Part shown: positions 37,801 through 46,774 of the stretch, piece by piece
Layout: every line of letters begins with the position of its first letter
Position numbering within the stretch: the first letter of the stretch is position 1
Source: Desulfococcaceae bacterium HSG9
Lineage (GTDB): Bacteria > Desulfobacterota > Desulfobacteria > Desulfobacterales > JAUCGF01
Reading direction: 5' to 3'
NCBI GenBank assembly: GCA_030378005.1
Contig: JAUCGF010000072.1
Span: 10,542 to 74,541 of the forward strand
DNA: 64,000 nt
Notes under the pieces: generated by a model
What the model was told of the DNA's origin: nothing
Seen by the model: only the letters and a program-made list of their open reading frames with translations
Database searches by the model: none
Position numbers and translations under genes: made by a program

Positions 37801-39505
37801 CAATTGTGATGGCCACCCTATGCTCAAAAAGGAAGGGATTTTTTTTACCAAAAATAAGCCCCCAAGACTGCGTTCAAAATTTCAACTATGGACATTTGCG
37901 CTACAAATCGAATCTAAATATAATCCTCTTTGCCATGCTTATTTGAACAATATAGGTTGTCAAATCCTTGTAAGTTTTCCGATAGTTGACGCAACGGACA
38001 GAATTCATGGAGTTATCGATCTTTTATTAGATACCCCCTTTTATGAAGAGGAAGGCCCTGTTTTCAAAAGGCTATTTTATCGTATGTCACATGGATTTTG
38101 CAATGCGGTTGATAAATGCCAAAAAAGTCGTATAAAAAAAATAACCGATGATTTATATTATAATGTTAAACCTTCTCTGCTGTATTTCCAGACTGATGAA
38201 ATATACTCCCAAATTGTTATACGCATGAAAAAGGAGTTTCAGGGAGAACATTGCGATCTGTTTATTGTAAGAGGTCGTAAAATGCTCCTTCAATCAACAA
38301 CGCGGGAAAAAATTATTGAAACAAATAAATTGCATACCGATTACTGGATTAAACCCGATGAATCGAACCGAGAAATACTTGGTGCCTGTTTTTATAACAA
38401 GAAACCTATTTTATTTCATTCGGGCCAAAAAAATCATTCATACAATCATGTATCAAAAAAGTTGAGAAAAGTGATATGCGAGGATTTTAATTTTGAAAGA
38501 ATGGCCTTTCCGATTATGACAGGTACAGGCCATGAGGAAACCATTATCGGAATACTTCATATCAGAGGACCGGTGAAACTATCGCTAAAACAAGATGATG
38601 ATAAAGCATTTGAAAAAAAAACAGTTAAAAAAAGCACCCTCTTCACTTACGAGGACTATCTCCTTTGTCTCAACCTATGCGTATCAATACAGCGGATAAT
38701 TCAGATGGCGAATCTCGTTGAACGTCAAGGGGGGTTAGTATTGGAACTCGCCCATTCAATCGAACAGCCTCTGCAATTTCTTCGTTCACCTATTCAACAC
38801 GCTCTTCGTTTGCTTCCGTGGAACAATCCTACTTTACAACCTGAATTAATCAACATTAAAAATGAAATATACCATGGGTTTCATCTTGCCATAGAAGCAA
38901 AGGATCATATCGGTTGGCTTGCACGTAGTAGCCATCGAAATGGCAAGGATATTGAATATCAATTTGAAAAAAGCGACCTCTCAAATTTGATCCGGCAGCA
39001 GTGCCATTTTATGAATTCAAAAGCTTCTCAAGACGGCATCCCCATTTATTGCAATGTGAAACAGTTGAAACCTTTACCTTTTCATAAAGATTTGATGAAA
39101 AAAGTGATAATCAATCTCCTTGACAATGCGTGCAAGTATTCATGGTCAAATAAGTATATTAATGTAAGGGGTTACGAACATTATGGCAAAATCAAGATAA
39201 TAGTAACAAACTTTGGTGTCGGTATTCCCAAGGAACAAATGAACAGAATATTTGAACCCTATTATCGCGCCCGTGTTCTGGACGCAAAAGGAAAGAGGTC
39301 CGGGTCAGGCATAGGACTTGGCATTGTCAAAGAAGTGATTGAAAAGATACATAAAGGTACCGTCACTGCGGAAAGCTATCCAAATAAACCGATAAATACA
39401 AACCAGGTTGTCGAATCAATGGAAGTAATAGAGAATGTCGCGCATTTGACCAAATTTATAATAATTTTAAATAGGGAAACCTTAGAGCAGCTAAACCTCG
39501 AATAA
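34886..39505 (+). CDS. Giant multi-GAF sensor histidine kinase (1539 aa).
   Basis: N-terminal GAF-like segments (for example GTVGSAFKTSRLAWGDGDESE...IRGIIALPL). C-terminal HisKA H-box LELAHSIEQPLQFL, N-box NLLDNACKYS, G-box GSGIGLGIVKEVIE. Confidence 0.7.
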   Translation: MNLLDFIKLSKFGTMKIYKKSISHFLKSTDAFTLDDFLRQFFSYCKKRLKCDGVSIFFYSSAIDKLELFFHSQINPYLLSLKTDEGTVGSAFKTSRLAWGDGDESENKWLDANSCPEDKIRGIIALPLNIYKIPFAIICFQYHEKNQPPFGKLKKGFYKQESKTVKTFWKESKSANLGRFIKKLRLQQITTDLRSTGEAPTYLKSTGSEFIAKLQKAFKTDQQPIPPFIGIQIVDHQQQKINSLHSVGMPLGYEYAHSIPFSSDDIHADILRTRKIEIISGNDTKRFDQTIFSKYSHDKYIRLFMPLFPINYIYDNKNYDNLKIETLLNFSPKKNPHRFEFTWNKKRPPQALIYGTLELGYIKKGSGMSPWNKELAYWVVKHALELSKQIYDSTFSGILDKIGILLASVPDAALKKFTCEFPGGIFHGLREYPIQNEGLLVLPKRMPVKNYDKGEAVDSDKFIPCKPISLTYRPINLKNFPKEIKNDLKCISKIAAKAVDIALRLLDSTIVQHEFLYIAESINNVGTLFHDKILDSVCNEALLCSGANCCMLYRFTKRTKPYLTSKNDKLWLFGSPISAPKSTDVRFLVQSEEETIHKVAQSKMPIYSSDYESNQSEKSNPYCLLPMEIIDGPVCVLLLCFSRGYLFNNQEKFNLENQVVKWVARLSMRHLILRQRFSDLMMRLRITIQEISKSLEQSTERRMPIFLEKLLIELVKLVNSNAASITVYYQPKTGTEWLRRFICCRGDDENEILSENHDFINAKLEGPCHDACVKSKIIIIHQRNEDNGIINVVNAIERIVNNNGCSNEKRKTFQQYSNWLTGDNTPSTVITFPIPEWNNDQTILKASVTIVLPKIHYLDFYHKHLIDEIGALIAETMRHIRHLDSKDSETIHLDQFEQRRLAFEKAKHPDEIIGILLAGMGRKITFSKMGAWNLAEDVIIWNLDWGNKNLIVRSARGNGMAAFQNTQNLLYINCDGHPMLKKEGIFFTKNKPPRLRSKFQLWTFALQIESKYNPLCHAYLNNIGCQILVSFPIVDATDRIHGVIDLLLDTPFYEEEGPVFKRLFYRMSHGFCNAVDKCQKSRIKKITDDLYYNVKPSLLYFQTDEIYSQIVIRMKKEFQGEHCDLFIVRGRKMLLQSTTREKIIETNKLHTDYWIKPDESNREILGACFYNKKPILFHSGQKNHSYNHVSKKLRKVICEDFNFERMAFPIMTGTGHEETIIGILHIRGPVKLSLKQDDDKAFEKKTVKKSTLFTYEDYLLCLNLCVSIQRIIQMANLVERQGGLVLELAHSIEQPLQFLRSPIQHALRLLPWNNPTLQPELINIKNEIYHGFHLAIEAKDHIGWLARSSHRNGKDIEYQFEKSDLSNLIRQQCHFMNSKASQDGIPIYCNVKQLKPLPFHKDLMKKVIINLLDNACKYSWSNKYINVRGYEHYGKIKIIVTNFGVGIPKEQMNRIFEPYYRARVLDAKGKRSGSGIGLGIVKEVIEKIHKGTVTAESYPNKPINTNQVVESMEVIENVAHLTKFIIILNRETLEQLNLE

Positions 39506-39546
39506 TAATAATTAATACAAAATAGATGAGAGACAGGAGATAAATT

Positions 39547-40080
39547 ATGAACCTACTAATCATAGAAGACGAAGAGAATATAATTAACGGTATTAAACGT
39601 GCTTTTCAAAGCTATTGCGATTTTGTTAAGTTTATTGAGGCCAAGGACGCAAGTGAAGCTTTAGCTAAAATTTACGCTGAAAGCTCCAAAAAACCGGATG
39701 CAATTATTCTTGATTTAATGATGTCTTATGGAAGCAATAAGGAGACTAGAACGCTTTTAGATGCAGATGACGATCCAATGATGACAGACGCCGGAGTACA
39801 AATTCTAAAGCAGTTGAGACTAAAAGAGGACGAAGATAATAGATTTTTTGAGCATTATCCCCTGTATGTTGCCATCATAACTGCCCGAAGTGAACCGTTA
39901 TTACATCAGGAATTAAATAGATATTTAAAAGGATGGGGAAAGATTTATGCTAAACCTTTCAATGAAGATGAACTCGTAAATGATATATTGTACGTATTCG
40001 GCAAAGAAAGTAAAGTTATTCCTGAACTTTTACCATCCGGTTATAAAGTTCCTGAAAACAGATACGGAGACAGACAATGA
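39547..40080 (+). CDS. Atypical stand-alone receiver (REC) domain protein with an insertion after the phospho-acceptor Asp.
   Basis: LLIIEDEE (beta1 acidic pair), ILDLMM (Asp57 position), VAIITARSE (Thr87 position), KPF (Lys105-Pro). A 20-aa insertion SYGSNKETRTLLDADDDPMMT. Confidence 0.55.
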   Translation: MNLLIIEDEENIINGIKRAFQSYCDFVKFIEAKDASEALAKIYAESSKKPDAIILDLMMSYGSNKETRTLLDADDDPMMTDAGVQILKQLRLKEDEDNRFFEHYPLYVAIITARSEPLLHQELNRYLKGWGKIYAKPFNEDELVNDILYVFGKESKVIPELLPSGYKVPENRYGDRQ

Positions 40081-42791
40081 ATCAAGAGCAGTTCGAGCAA
40101 CTGAGTAAAAAAATTATGGGAAAAGTGTTAGATTGCGACGATCAAGAAAAACTACTAAAAATATCATGTCATTTGCTTCATGCACAGGCTGCAATTCTAT
40201 TGGAATGTCATCATAGAAATGGCAAAATAAGGCCTGAAATTCTATCTGCTTATCCTAAAGAAGATATTGATTTTTTTAAATCTAACATCACAAAGCTTAG
40301 AAAATGGTATGATATTTCAGACCTTCCGGAAAATAATCCTGGTTTTGCAGAAAATAAAGAGATTTGGATAGGAAAAAAAGTTTTTCCATCTGCGCTTGTT
40401 GCTTTTGGAAATCAAGAACCTATAACCGGGAAAATTAAACGGGAACTAATTTTAATTAAAAATCCGACCTACACAGGTCCGTATTTGTCTTATCATTGCT
40501 GGGCTGCAGCAGTGCTTCTAAGACATTATGAATACTTCATAATAGAAAAAGAAATCCTAGCGAAAGAGAAGCTGCATTCAAAACAATTAGTATTAAATAT
40601 CAATGAAATACTTCCAAATATGAACTACAAAGAAATTGAAGAAAGTGTTAAAGAGTTAGATCATATTGAAAAATGGAAACGTTATATCATTTGGGTTGGA
40701 TACCAGGTCAGAAAAAAAAGAGCCGACGAAAAATTTAAAAATCTCAAGAGCATAAAAGAGGAAATTATTAAACTCAAGGAACCGGATTTAATCTTGGGAC
40801 AATCAATTCAATTCTTGTTAAACGAACTTGTTGAAACTGATACGAAGACTTTTCTATGTGAATTAGCAGAGAGAATAACAAAAGGTGAATATAAAACTTT
40901 TAGCAGTATTGGAGCAATAGTTTTAGAGCATGGTTGGCGAATCATTCGGAAAAATATTCGAATCGCTGAGACGAATTTAAGACCTGTTGACAATAAGTAC
41001 CTGATTAATGAAATTGAACCGCTTTTAGAATTGACAAAAGTAATTTTGGCATACGCTCTGTGTAATAAAAAAGATGGTGAAAGCCAAAAAACCGAGGAAA
41101 AAATTGAAATCGGACGAGGCTTCCTGCGCCTTTACTTTGCATATATAATCATTGCTGAATCGCCTCGTCTTTACTCTCTTTATTTGAACCAAGAAGCAAC
41201 AGAAAAACGTACTAAAGCGCCTGATGAGTTGAAGCGTATTTTCATTTTAAATTTATCACGATTTATCTTGGCGGCGGTTGCTATTCTGCAAAAGCAAAAA
41301 TTAGATATGTTTATTGAACCCACTGTAATCACGCCTGCCGAAGAGCTTGATAGCCTGTTATATATTGTAGACCGCTATGGGCATATTGAATTAGGAATTG
41401 ATGAAACAATCCATATCCGTGAACTTCTTGCCAATCAGACCACTGCTGAAATCAGGCATTATATGGCACAAGCCTTTTACCGCGACCATTTATTGCATGT
41501 CATTGATGTTTTCTTACTCGGACACCTTTTGCTCCACACAAATATATGCTGGCAAAAGAAGGAAAAAAAACGGTTTGTTGAGCAGCTATCGAATAGGAAT
41601 GAGCAATTAACGTTATCCGATGAAAGGGGATTCCTTAAAAATTGGGCTGTCGCTTCACTTTTGCACGACATCGGTTATCAAATCGGGGAAGGTTCCAATA
41701 TTTCTCAAGAGCAAAAAGTTTGGGAGGTTTTTTTTAAACTGAAAGAACCGATAAAGGCCAAATGGTTAGAATTCACCTTTGCTGGTAGTGCAAATAAGAT
41801 CAATCCTAAAAAAAGGATTGGCTATCTTAAAAATTTGGTAAAAGAAATCTGTAATTCTGATGGCCTTAAAAAATGCTTTCCCGAACAACTATCTGATTCT
41901 ATTACAGACCATGGTGTTTTGAGCGCTCTTCGGATCGTCCAAATTTTGATTAACTCAGAACACAGTCAAGCATTCAATGAGAAACTATCGGATCATAAGC
42001 AAGCTGAAAAATATTTTTATGCGATCCATGCGATTGCGCATCATAATTTGCATGGTGAATGTGTTCATTTTAAATCTCATCCTATCTCATGTCTTCTGCG
42101 TCTCTGCGATGAACTTCAGGAATGGTCTCGTAAGCGAGTGAATAACGAAAAAATTGTTAAAGATCTATATCTGGATATTCAATATGATAGATCCGGAAAA
42201 ATAGTCGGGTATGAATTGTTTAAATCTTTTATGGCTAATCTGGAAATAACGATCAAAAAGGAAGAAAATACTAAAAGTGAAATAAACATAGGTCTGATAG
42301 CGAATGAAAGTGAAACAGCAAAACCCCGGTTTGAATTCTCACTCACTTACCGAGACGCCCTTCAAGCCAATTTCATTCCTATGATAGCGTTGATGTGCAA
42401 GGCTTATAATCTTCAATATCTTGATTTATCTGAAACCTATTTCGGAGAAGGCGACTTATCGTTCGCTTTGGATTTGTTTTTCCCAAAACCTAACGAATTT
42501 AAATGGCTGACCGAATATGACATCTACGGCCTTTTTACGGAAAAAGATAGAAGGTTTTCATTATTGGAGCTATTTGATTCAATTAAGGATGGCAGACCCG
42601 GTCTGATACGTTTAAGAGATAAGTCTGATCAGGGTGACCATTTCGGTATTATTATAAGCCGCAAAAACAATCCTGAGCATCATCAGGGCTGGTTGCATAC
42701 TAATCCTAATTACATTTATGAAGATTACAAAGATTTCAGGGAAAAATATTTAGCTGACAAGCGCCTTTATTTGAAGCCTTCTTCATCTTAA
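40077..42791 (+). CDS. Large (904 aa) HD-domain protein of unknown family, translationally coupled to the receiver gene by an ATGA overlap.
   Basis: Canonical H...HD...H...H...D spacing: GHLLLH, ASLLHDIGY, DHGVLSA, IAHHNLHG, LRLCDEL. The N-terminal 450 aa and C-terminal 200 aa are unassigned. Confidence 0.55.
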   Translation: MNQEQFEQLSKKIMGKVLDCDDQEKLLKISCHLLHAQAAILLECHHRNGKIRPEILSAYPKEDIDFFKSNITKLRKWYDISDLPENNPGFAENKEIWIGKKVFPSALVAFGNQEPITGKIKRELILIKNPTYTGPYLSYHCWAAAVLLRHYEYFIIEKEILAKEKLHSKQLVLNINEILPNMNYKEIEESVKELDHIEKWKRYIIWVGYQVRKKRADEKFKNLKSIKEEIIKLKEPDLILGQSIQFLLNELVETDTKTFLCELAERITKGEYKTFSSIGAIVLEHGWRIIRKNIRIAETNLRPVDNKYLINEIEPLLELTKVILAYALCNKKDGESQKTEEKIEIGRGFLRLYFAYIIIAESPRLYSLYLNQEATEKRTKAPDELKRIFILNLSRFILAAVAILQKQKLDMFIEPTVITPAEELDSLLYIVDRYGHIELGIDETIHIRELLANQTTAEIRHYMAQAFYRDHLLHVIDVFLLGHLLLHTNICWQKKEKKRFVEQLSNRNEQLTLSDERGFLKNWAVASLLHDIGYQIGEGSNISQEQKVWEVFFKLKEPIKAKWLEFTFAGSANKINPKKRIGYLKNLVKEICNSDGLKKCFPEQLSDSITDHGVLSALRIVQILINSEHSQAFNEKLSDHKQAEKYFYAIHAIAHHNLHGECVHFKSHPISCLLRLCDELQEWSRKRVNNEKIVKDLYLDIQYDRSGKIVGYELFKSFMANLEITIKKEENTKSEINIGLIANESETAKPRFEFSLTYRDALQANFIPMIALMCKAYNLQYLDLSETYFGEGDLSFALDLFFPKPNEFKWLTEYDIYGLFTEKDRRFSLLELFDSIKDGRPGLIRLRDKSDQGDHFGIIISRKNNPEHHQGWLHTNPNYIYEDYKDFREKYLADKRLYLKPSSS

Positions 42792-42857
42792 CAAAAAATC
42801 AGGTTTTCTCAAAAAGCCTGCCGATTCAAAGGCAATACGTTTGATATTGTTTGTCAT

Positions 42858-43943
42858 TTAAGGAATCACCGCCCATTTGACAGGGATTGATTGCTTTTGG
42901 GACGAAGGTTTATCCAGTTCAACTGTGATGGTTAATAAATTACCTTTGGTCCCCTTGGCGATGGCACCTTTTACTTTTACGCCTTGAATGTTGCCGTCAG
43001 CTTGAACCAGGACATAGCCCACATTCAGGACGACATGTTTGTTTAAGACAATCTCTTTAATTGCGGTGCTTTGATTTGTGTCAATGGTAACATGCGTCAG
43101 GCCAGAATCAGTGACTTTACCTCGCATTGACGCGATATTTTGACTGATGGTTTTGGCGGCATCTTCATTCTTTTTGATTTTTTGCGTGATAATCGCAAGA
43201 TTTGAAGTTTGTTTATTCAGTTCAACGTAAAATTGCAAAGACCCCCATAGAAGCCCCAAAATGCCGGGCAGGGAAAATATAAGCAACAAGAGTTTCCACT
43301 TGGTTCTGAATTTAGCCAACAATTCCTGAAACCATGATTGCGATGCGCGGCTGCTGCCAAACGGGTCTATTTCATCGGTTAAGATTTTAAACCAGTTGTT
43401 GCCATAATGATGACAGGTGTCGATGATGGTATTTGCGTCACTTGAATCCGGGTCGATTTGGAAAAAGAACAGGCGCGCAATTTCTTCACCCAATCTGATT
43501 TTAATGGCTCGGTCGGAAAAATTGATAATATGCAGCTTGAGCACGCCTTCCCACAAACTGTCAATATATGAGGGTTCGACATGCAAGCCTTTGGAATAAT
43601 TGGTCACGCGGGACAGAATGATGCCGGTGATGCGCCGGTCGATTTTGATCCATTCGTTGGTGAAAACAACTGCGGATTCTCTGGCTTTCAGCTTAAAAGC
43701 GCCATTGCCTTTGCGCATATCACAAATCTGTTTGTGGTTGCCAAAACGTTGTTTTCGGTGAATGTTGCGGCCGGACAAGGGCATGACCAAAGGGCCGAGG
43801 GTCAGCCCCAATTTATTTCTGATTATTTTGGATTCAAAAAATTTGAAAGCTTCATCATCTTGTACAATATCAACCGGGTGTTGGATAAATCTGACGCCTT
43901 GATCATCCGGCAGAAAATAATATTTAAGTTCGATTAAGCCGGA
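42858..43943 (-). CDS. dCTP-deaminase/dUTPase-fold domain protein fused to a TM helix and a C-terminal domain of unknown function. The open frame extends to 43943, but the only canonical start is TTG 43811.
   Basis: GLHVEPSYIDSLWEGVLKLHIINFSDRAIKIRLGEEIARLFFF matches the Dcd/dUTPase ID.GW.G motif. The upstream in-frame peptide (LIELKYYFLPDDQGVRFIQHPVDIVQDDEAF...) looks like the Dcd N-terminus. TM segment LLLLIFSLPGILGLLWGSLQFYV. Confidence 0.5.
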   Translation of the reverse strand, partial: SGLIELKYYFLPDDQGVRFIQHPVDIVQDDEAFKFFESKIIRNKLGLTLGPLVMPLSGRNIHRKQRFGNHKQICDMRKGNGAFKLKARESAVVFTNEWIKIDRRITGIILSRVTNYSKGLHVEPSYIDSLWEGVLKLHIINFSDRAIKIRLGEEIARLFFFQIDPDSSDANTIIDTCHHYGNNWFKILTDEIDPFGSSRASQSWFQELLAKFRTKWKLLLLIFSLPGILGLLWGSLQFYVELNKQTSNLAIITQKIKKNEDAAKTISQNIASMRGKVTDSGLTHVTIDTNQSTAIKEIVLNKHVVLNVGYVLVQADGNIQGVKVKGAIAKGTKGNLLTITVELDKPSSQKQSIPVKWAVIP

Positions 43944-44000
43944 TCAGATTGAGTTGATTATTTTATTATCTGAAAGCATTTTTACAGATTACATTTCCGC

Positions 44001-44624
44001 TTAAAGGTTTAAAAGGAAGCCCCGTGCCTTTTTAGCTAATAGATGTTTGCGTGTCAAAGATGTGGGTGTGACTGTTAATGGAATAATTTCGGCGATGCGG
44101 ACGCCATTTTGTTCCATTCCCGCTATTTTGTCAGGATTGCAAGTGAGCAGTTCAATGGAAACTACTTGTAACTTCCTGATGATCGCTGCGGCTTCGCTGA
44201 AATCCCTGATATCAGGCGCTTCTCCTAAGGCTTCCACCGCCGAATATGTGTCCATGCCTTTATTTTTATTGGCAAGCGCCAAAATCTTCTTGGTCAACCC
44301 ATGCCCGCGTCCCTCCTGGTTTAAATAGATTAAAATTCCTTGGTTTCTTTGGGCAATCATCGCCAGTGCCTGTTCCAACTGCTCCTTGCAATCACATTCG
44401 GCGGAATCCAGCGCAATACCGGTCAGGCATTCAGATTGAAGACGACATAACACATTTTCCTGCTTGTGTATATCCCCTTTGACAAGCACAACATGTTCTT
44501 GGGCTGTATGAACATTTTTGGCGATATAAATCTGAAATTTTCCATAAGTATGGGTCGTATGAACAGCTTTAGCGGTGAAAGCAATATCATCCGCAGAAGA
44601 TTTCAAGTTTGAGTGTTGCATCAT
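44001..44624 (-). CDS. GTP cyclohydrolase II (RibA)-like enzyme.
   Basis: RLQSECLTGIALDSAECDCKEQLEQAL conserves the three-Cys zinc motif of RibA (HSECLTG...C.CG.QL). EGRGHGL and RDF motifs are present. No other rib genes are nearby. Confidence 0.65.
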   Translation of the reverse strand: MMQHSNLKSSADDIAFTAKAVHTTHTYGKFQIYIAKNVHTAQEHVVLVKGDIHKQENVLCRLQSECLTGIALDSAECDCKEQLEQALAMIAQRNQGILIYLNQEGRGHGLTKKILALANKNKGMDTYSAVEALGEAPDIRDFSEAAAIIRKLQVVSIELLTCNPDKIAGMEQNGVRIAEIIPLTVTPTSLTRKHLLAKKARGFLLNL

Positions 44625-45169
44625 TACGCGCCCTGCTCAAGATTAACAATCATCGTGTCATAGCCATGTAAAACGCGGTCTTGTGCTTGTATGCCCAATT
44701 CTGATAGAAATGCAAACAATTCTTGCTGAACCTGTGCGCCGTCGATTTTTTCTGATGACATACATTCCACTTCGATAAAATCGCCCAATTTATCCACCTT
44801 GTCAATGCAGATCGTATAGTCAGCATATTTGCCGGTCATTCTTTGTTTGCGATAGCGCACCACTTCATAATAACCCATCATTGCCAGCATAGCGCCTGTT
44901 TTCTCAAAATCGGATACGATCACTTCGTTTTCAATACAATCCAGTTCGTTATGGCGGTGCTGTTTGATTGTAAACCTGACCGTGTCATTTTCTTTTCTTA
45001 AACGCAGGATATTGACGCCGGCGGTGATATCGGCGAACCGCATCCCTTGTGATAAAAAGATATAATCTTCCTGGGTGATTTTTTCAGAAAAGATGCATCC
45101 CATGTTTTCCAGCTTGTGAAGAATCTTATCCGGTTCTTTTAATTTGGCTTTGACTTCGATTTCAATCAT
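44624..45169 (-). CDS. CYTH-domain protein (class IV adenylate cyclase / triphosphate tunnel metalloenzyme family).
   Basis: N-terminal MIEIEVKAKL EXEXK motif. About 180 aa. The stop overlaps the downstream start by 1 nt. Confidence 0.65.
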   Translation of the reverse strand: MIEIEVKAKLKEPDKILHKLENMGCIFSEKITQEDYIFLSQGMRFADITAGVNILRLRKENDTVRFTIKQHRHNELDCIENEVIVSDFEKTGAMLAMMGYYEVVRYRKQRMTGKYADYTICIDKVDKLGDFIEVECMSSEKIDGAQVQQELFAFLSELGIQAQDRVLHGYDTMIVNLEQGA

Positions 45170-45495
45170 AAAAACAGTCTTTCTGATTTTGTGATAATAA
45201 AGTGTTTGACGATCAACGCTTAAAAGCCAAGATTATATTATAATCCGGATGATGTCAATGTCAGGATTATCATTCGCTGCCAACAAAATACGGGAGAGCT
45301 TAAAAATCGGGTTTCTCAGTCATTGCAACTTCCGCAGCTTTTCCTTGTTTTAGAAACCCGATTTTTTGTCCCTTATGAAAAAAATCAGGTTGCCTTAAAA
45401 ATTTTGTTCAGATACTTATTGATTGTAGCGTGCTTGTGATTAAGTTAAAGTGAGGCGGATAAGGAATGAGGAGAAAATAAATTCCTGACTGTCCG

Positions 45496-45523
45496 TGAAA
45501 CGTGAATTCACGTATCACGTTTC
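45496..45523. promoter_or_regulatory. Nested palindrome in the divergent intergenic region between the CYTH operon and the Smr gene.
   Basis: gaaacgtga-attcacgta-tcacgtttc, containing the perfect palindrome cgtgaattcacg. Confidence 0.45.
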
Positions 45524-45586
45524 AAAAATCACATTATGGCCTGAACTTCTACCCTTTTCTCATCATCATAAAAAGCGAGCGGCGGT

Positions 45587-46339
45587 TTGAAAAGAAAAAA
45601 GAATAACGCTTCCTGTTCTCACAGGCCGTTTAAGCACCTGAAAGCACTTCTGCAAGACAAAAACCTGCCGCTTGCGTCTTTGCCGCGTAAAATTTCCGTA
45701 AAAAAAATTGATCTCGATCCGGACGATCCCGAATATGAAGACAAGCTTTTTATAGCGGCCATGTCAGACGTTGTTCCCCTTGCAAAAGGAAACTGTATCC
45801 GCAATGTTCCGGAGAGCAGGCCCCCGAAACATCATCATCGTCAATCGACCGGTAAAAGCAAATCTGATGGCCGCGCAGATTCCGAAAGTCTGCTGCGTTT
45901 GAAAGAACTTGTGGAAAAAGGGAAAGGCTTTGTGGTTGCGCATACACCGGAATACATTGAAGGCCGTGTATATTGCGACAACCCGGAAATCACCAAACGC
46001 CTGCATCGGGGGGATTTCGCCATTCAAGGGCATATTGATCTGCATGGTTTGGGCGTCGAAGCGGCTCGGAAAGCGTTTGACAGTTTCCTCAAAGAGACGC
46101 TGCTTGCGGGTAAAAGGGCGATTTTGGTGGTTCATGGCCGTGGGTTGTCTTCTCCGCATCAGCCGGTTTTGAAAAACAAAGTTCAAGACTGGCTCACCCG
46201 CGGCCCCTGGCGTAAATGGATCATCGCTTTCACCAGCGCGCGCTCTTATGATGGTGGTGCCGGAGCGACATACGTTCTTCTGAGGCAGCGGCCTTATACG
46301 AAACGAATGCGCAAAAAATTTGCGCCTGAAAAATATTAA
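45587..46339 (+). CDS. Smr-domain protein.
   Basis: IDLHGLGVEAARKAFDSFLKE...ILVVHGRGLSS is the Smr (MutS2 C-terminal) signature. Confidence 0.7.
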   Translation: MKRKKNNASCSHRPFKHLKALLQDKNLPLASLPRKISVKKIDLDPDDPEYEDKLFIAAMSDVVPLAKGNCIRNVPESRPPKHHHRQSTGKSKSDGRADSESLLRLKELVEKGKGFVVAHTPEYIEGRVYCDNPEITKRLHRGDFAIQGHIDLHGLGVEAARKAFDSFLKETLLAGKRAILVVHGRGLSSPHQPVLKNKVQDWLTRGPWRKWIIAFTSARSYDGGAGATYVLLRQRPYTKRMRKKFAPEKY

Positions 46340-46367
46340 GGGATGGCTGTCACACACATAGAATGAT

Positions 46368-46721
46368 TTCCATTTCGATAATTTCGGTTCTGAGTCCAGG
46401 ATAGCAGGCCGTTTTGTGAAAGAGTTTATCGCCCTCGGCGATGCCAAAGGCATCCTGGCAAGGAAAAAAGCGAAGGGCGACGGCGATAAGGTGATTATAG
46501 AAGCTTGGAACAATCCGGGAGCCCGAAACAAAGTGGCTTTAAAAATGGCCGAAGTCTTGCAGGGCGCACGCTTGATTCCGCTCGAAATGATTTTTGGCGG
46601 CGGCGGTGGCAACGCCCCGTTTATGTACGGTGACACACTTGATATTCTTAAATTTTTAGGGGTTCAAAAAATGGAGGAAATGAAACAGCAAGGCGCACAA
46701 ATCCAGGACAAAGAGAATTAG
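46368..46721 (+). pseudogene. Internally deleted remnant of an SPFH-gene paralog.
   Basis: 46370-46418 matches 31143-31187 of the intact gene. 46419-46721 matches its last 370 bp (about 93% identity, two in-frame deletions). The central 1.45 kb is absent. Confidence 0.75.
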
Positions 46722-46774
46722 ACTCAATTCCACTTTTTTTATGATGCGGCTTTTGGCAAATAGCGATTTGCGAT

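Larger units (their letters stand above)
34560..42830. other. Low-GC (AT-rich) island carrying three signalling genes. Probably horizontally acquired.
   Basis: Base composition and codon usage (Lys/Asn/Ile-rich proteins) change abruptly relative to both flanks. Confidence 0.6.
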
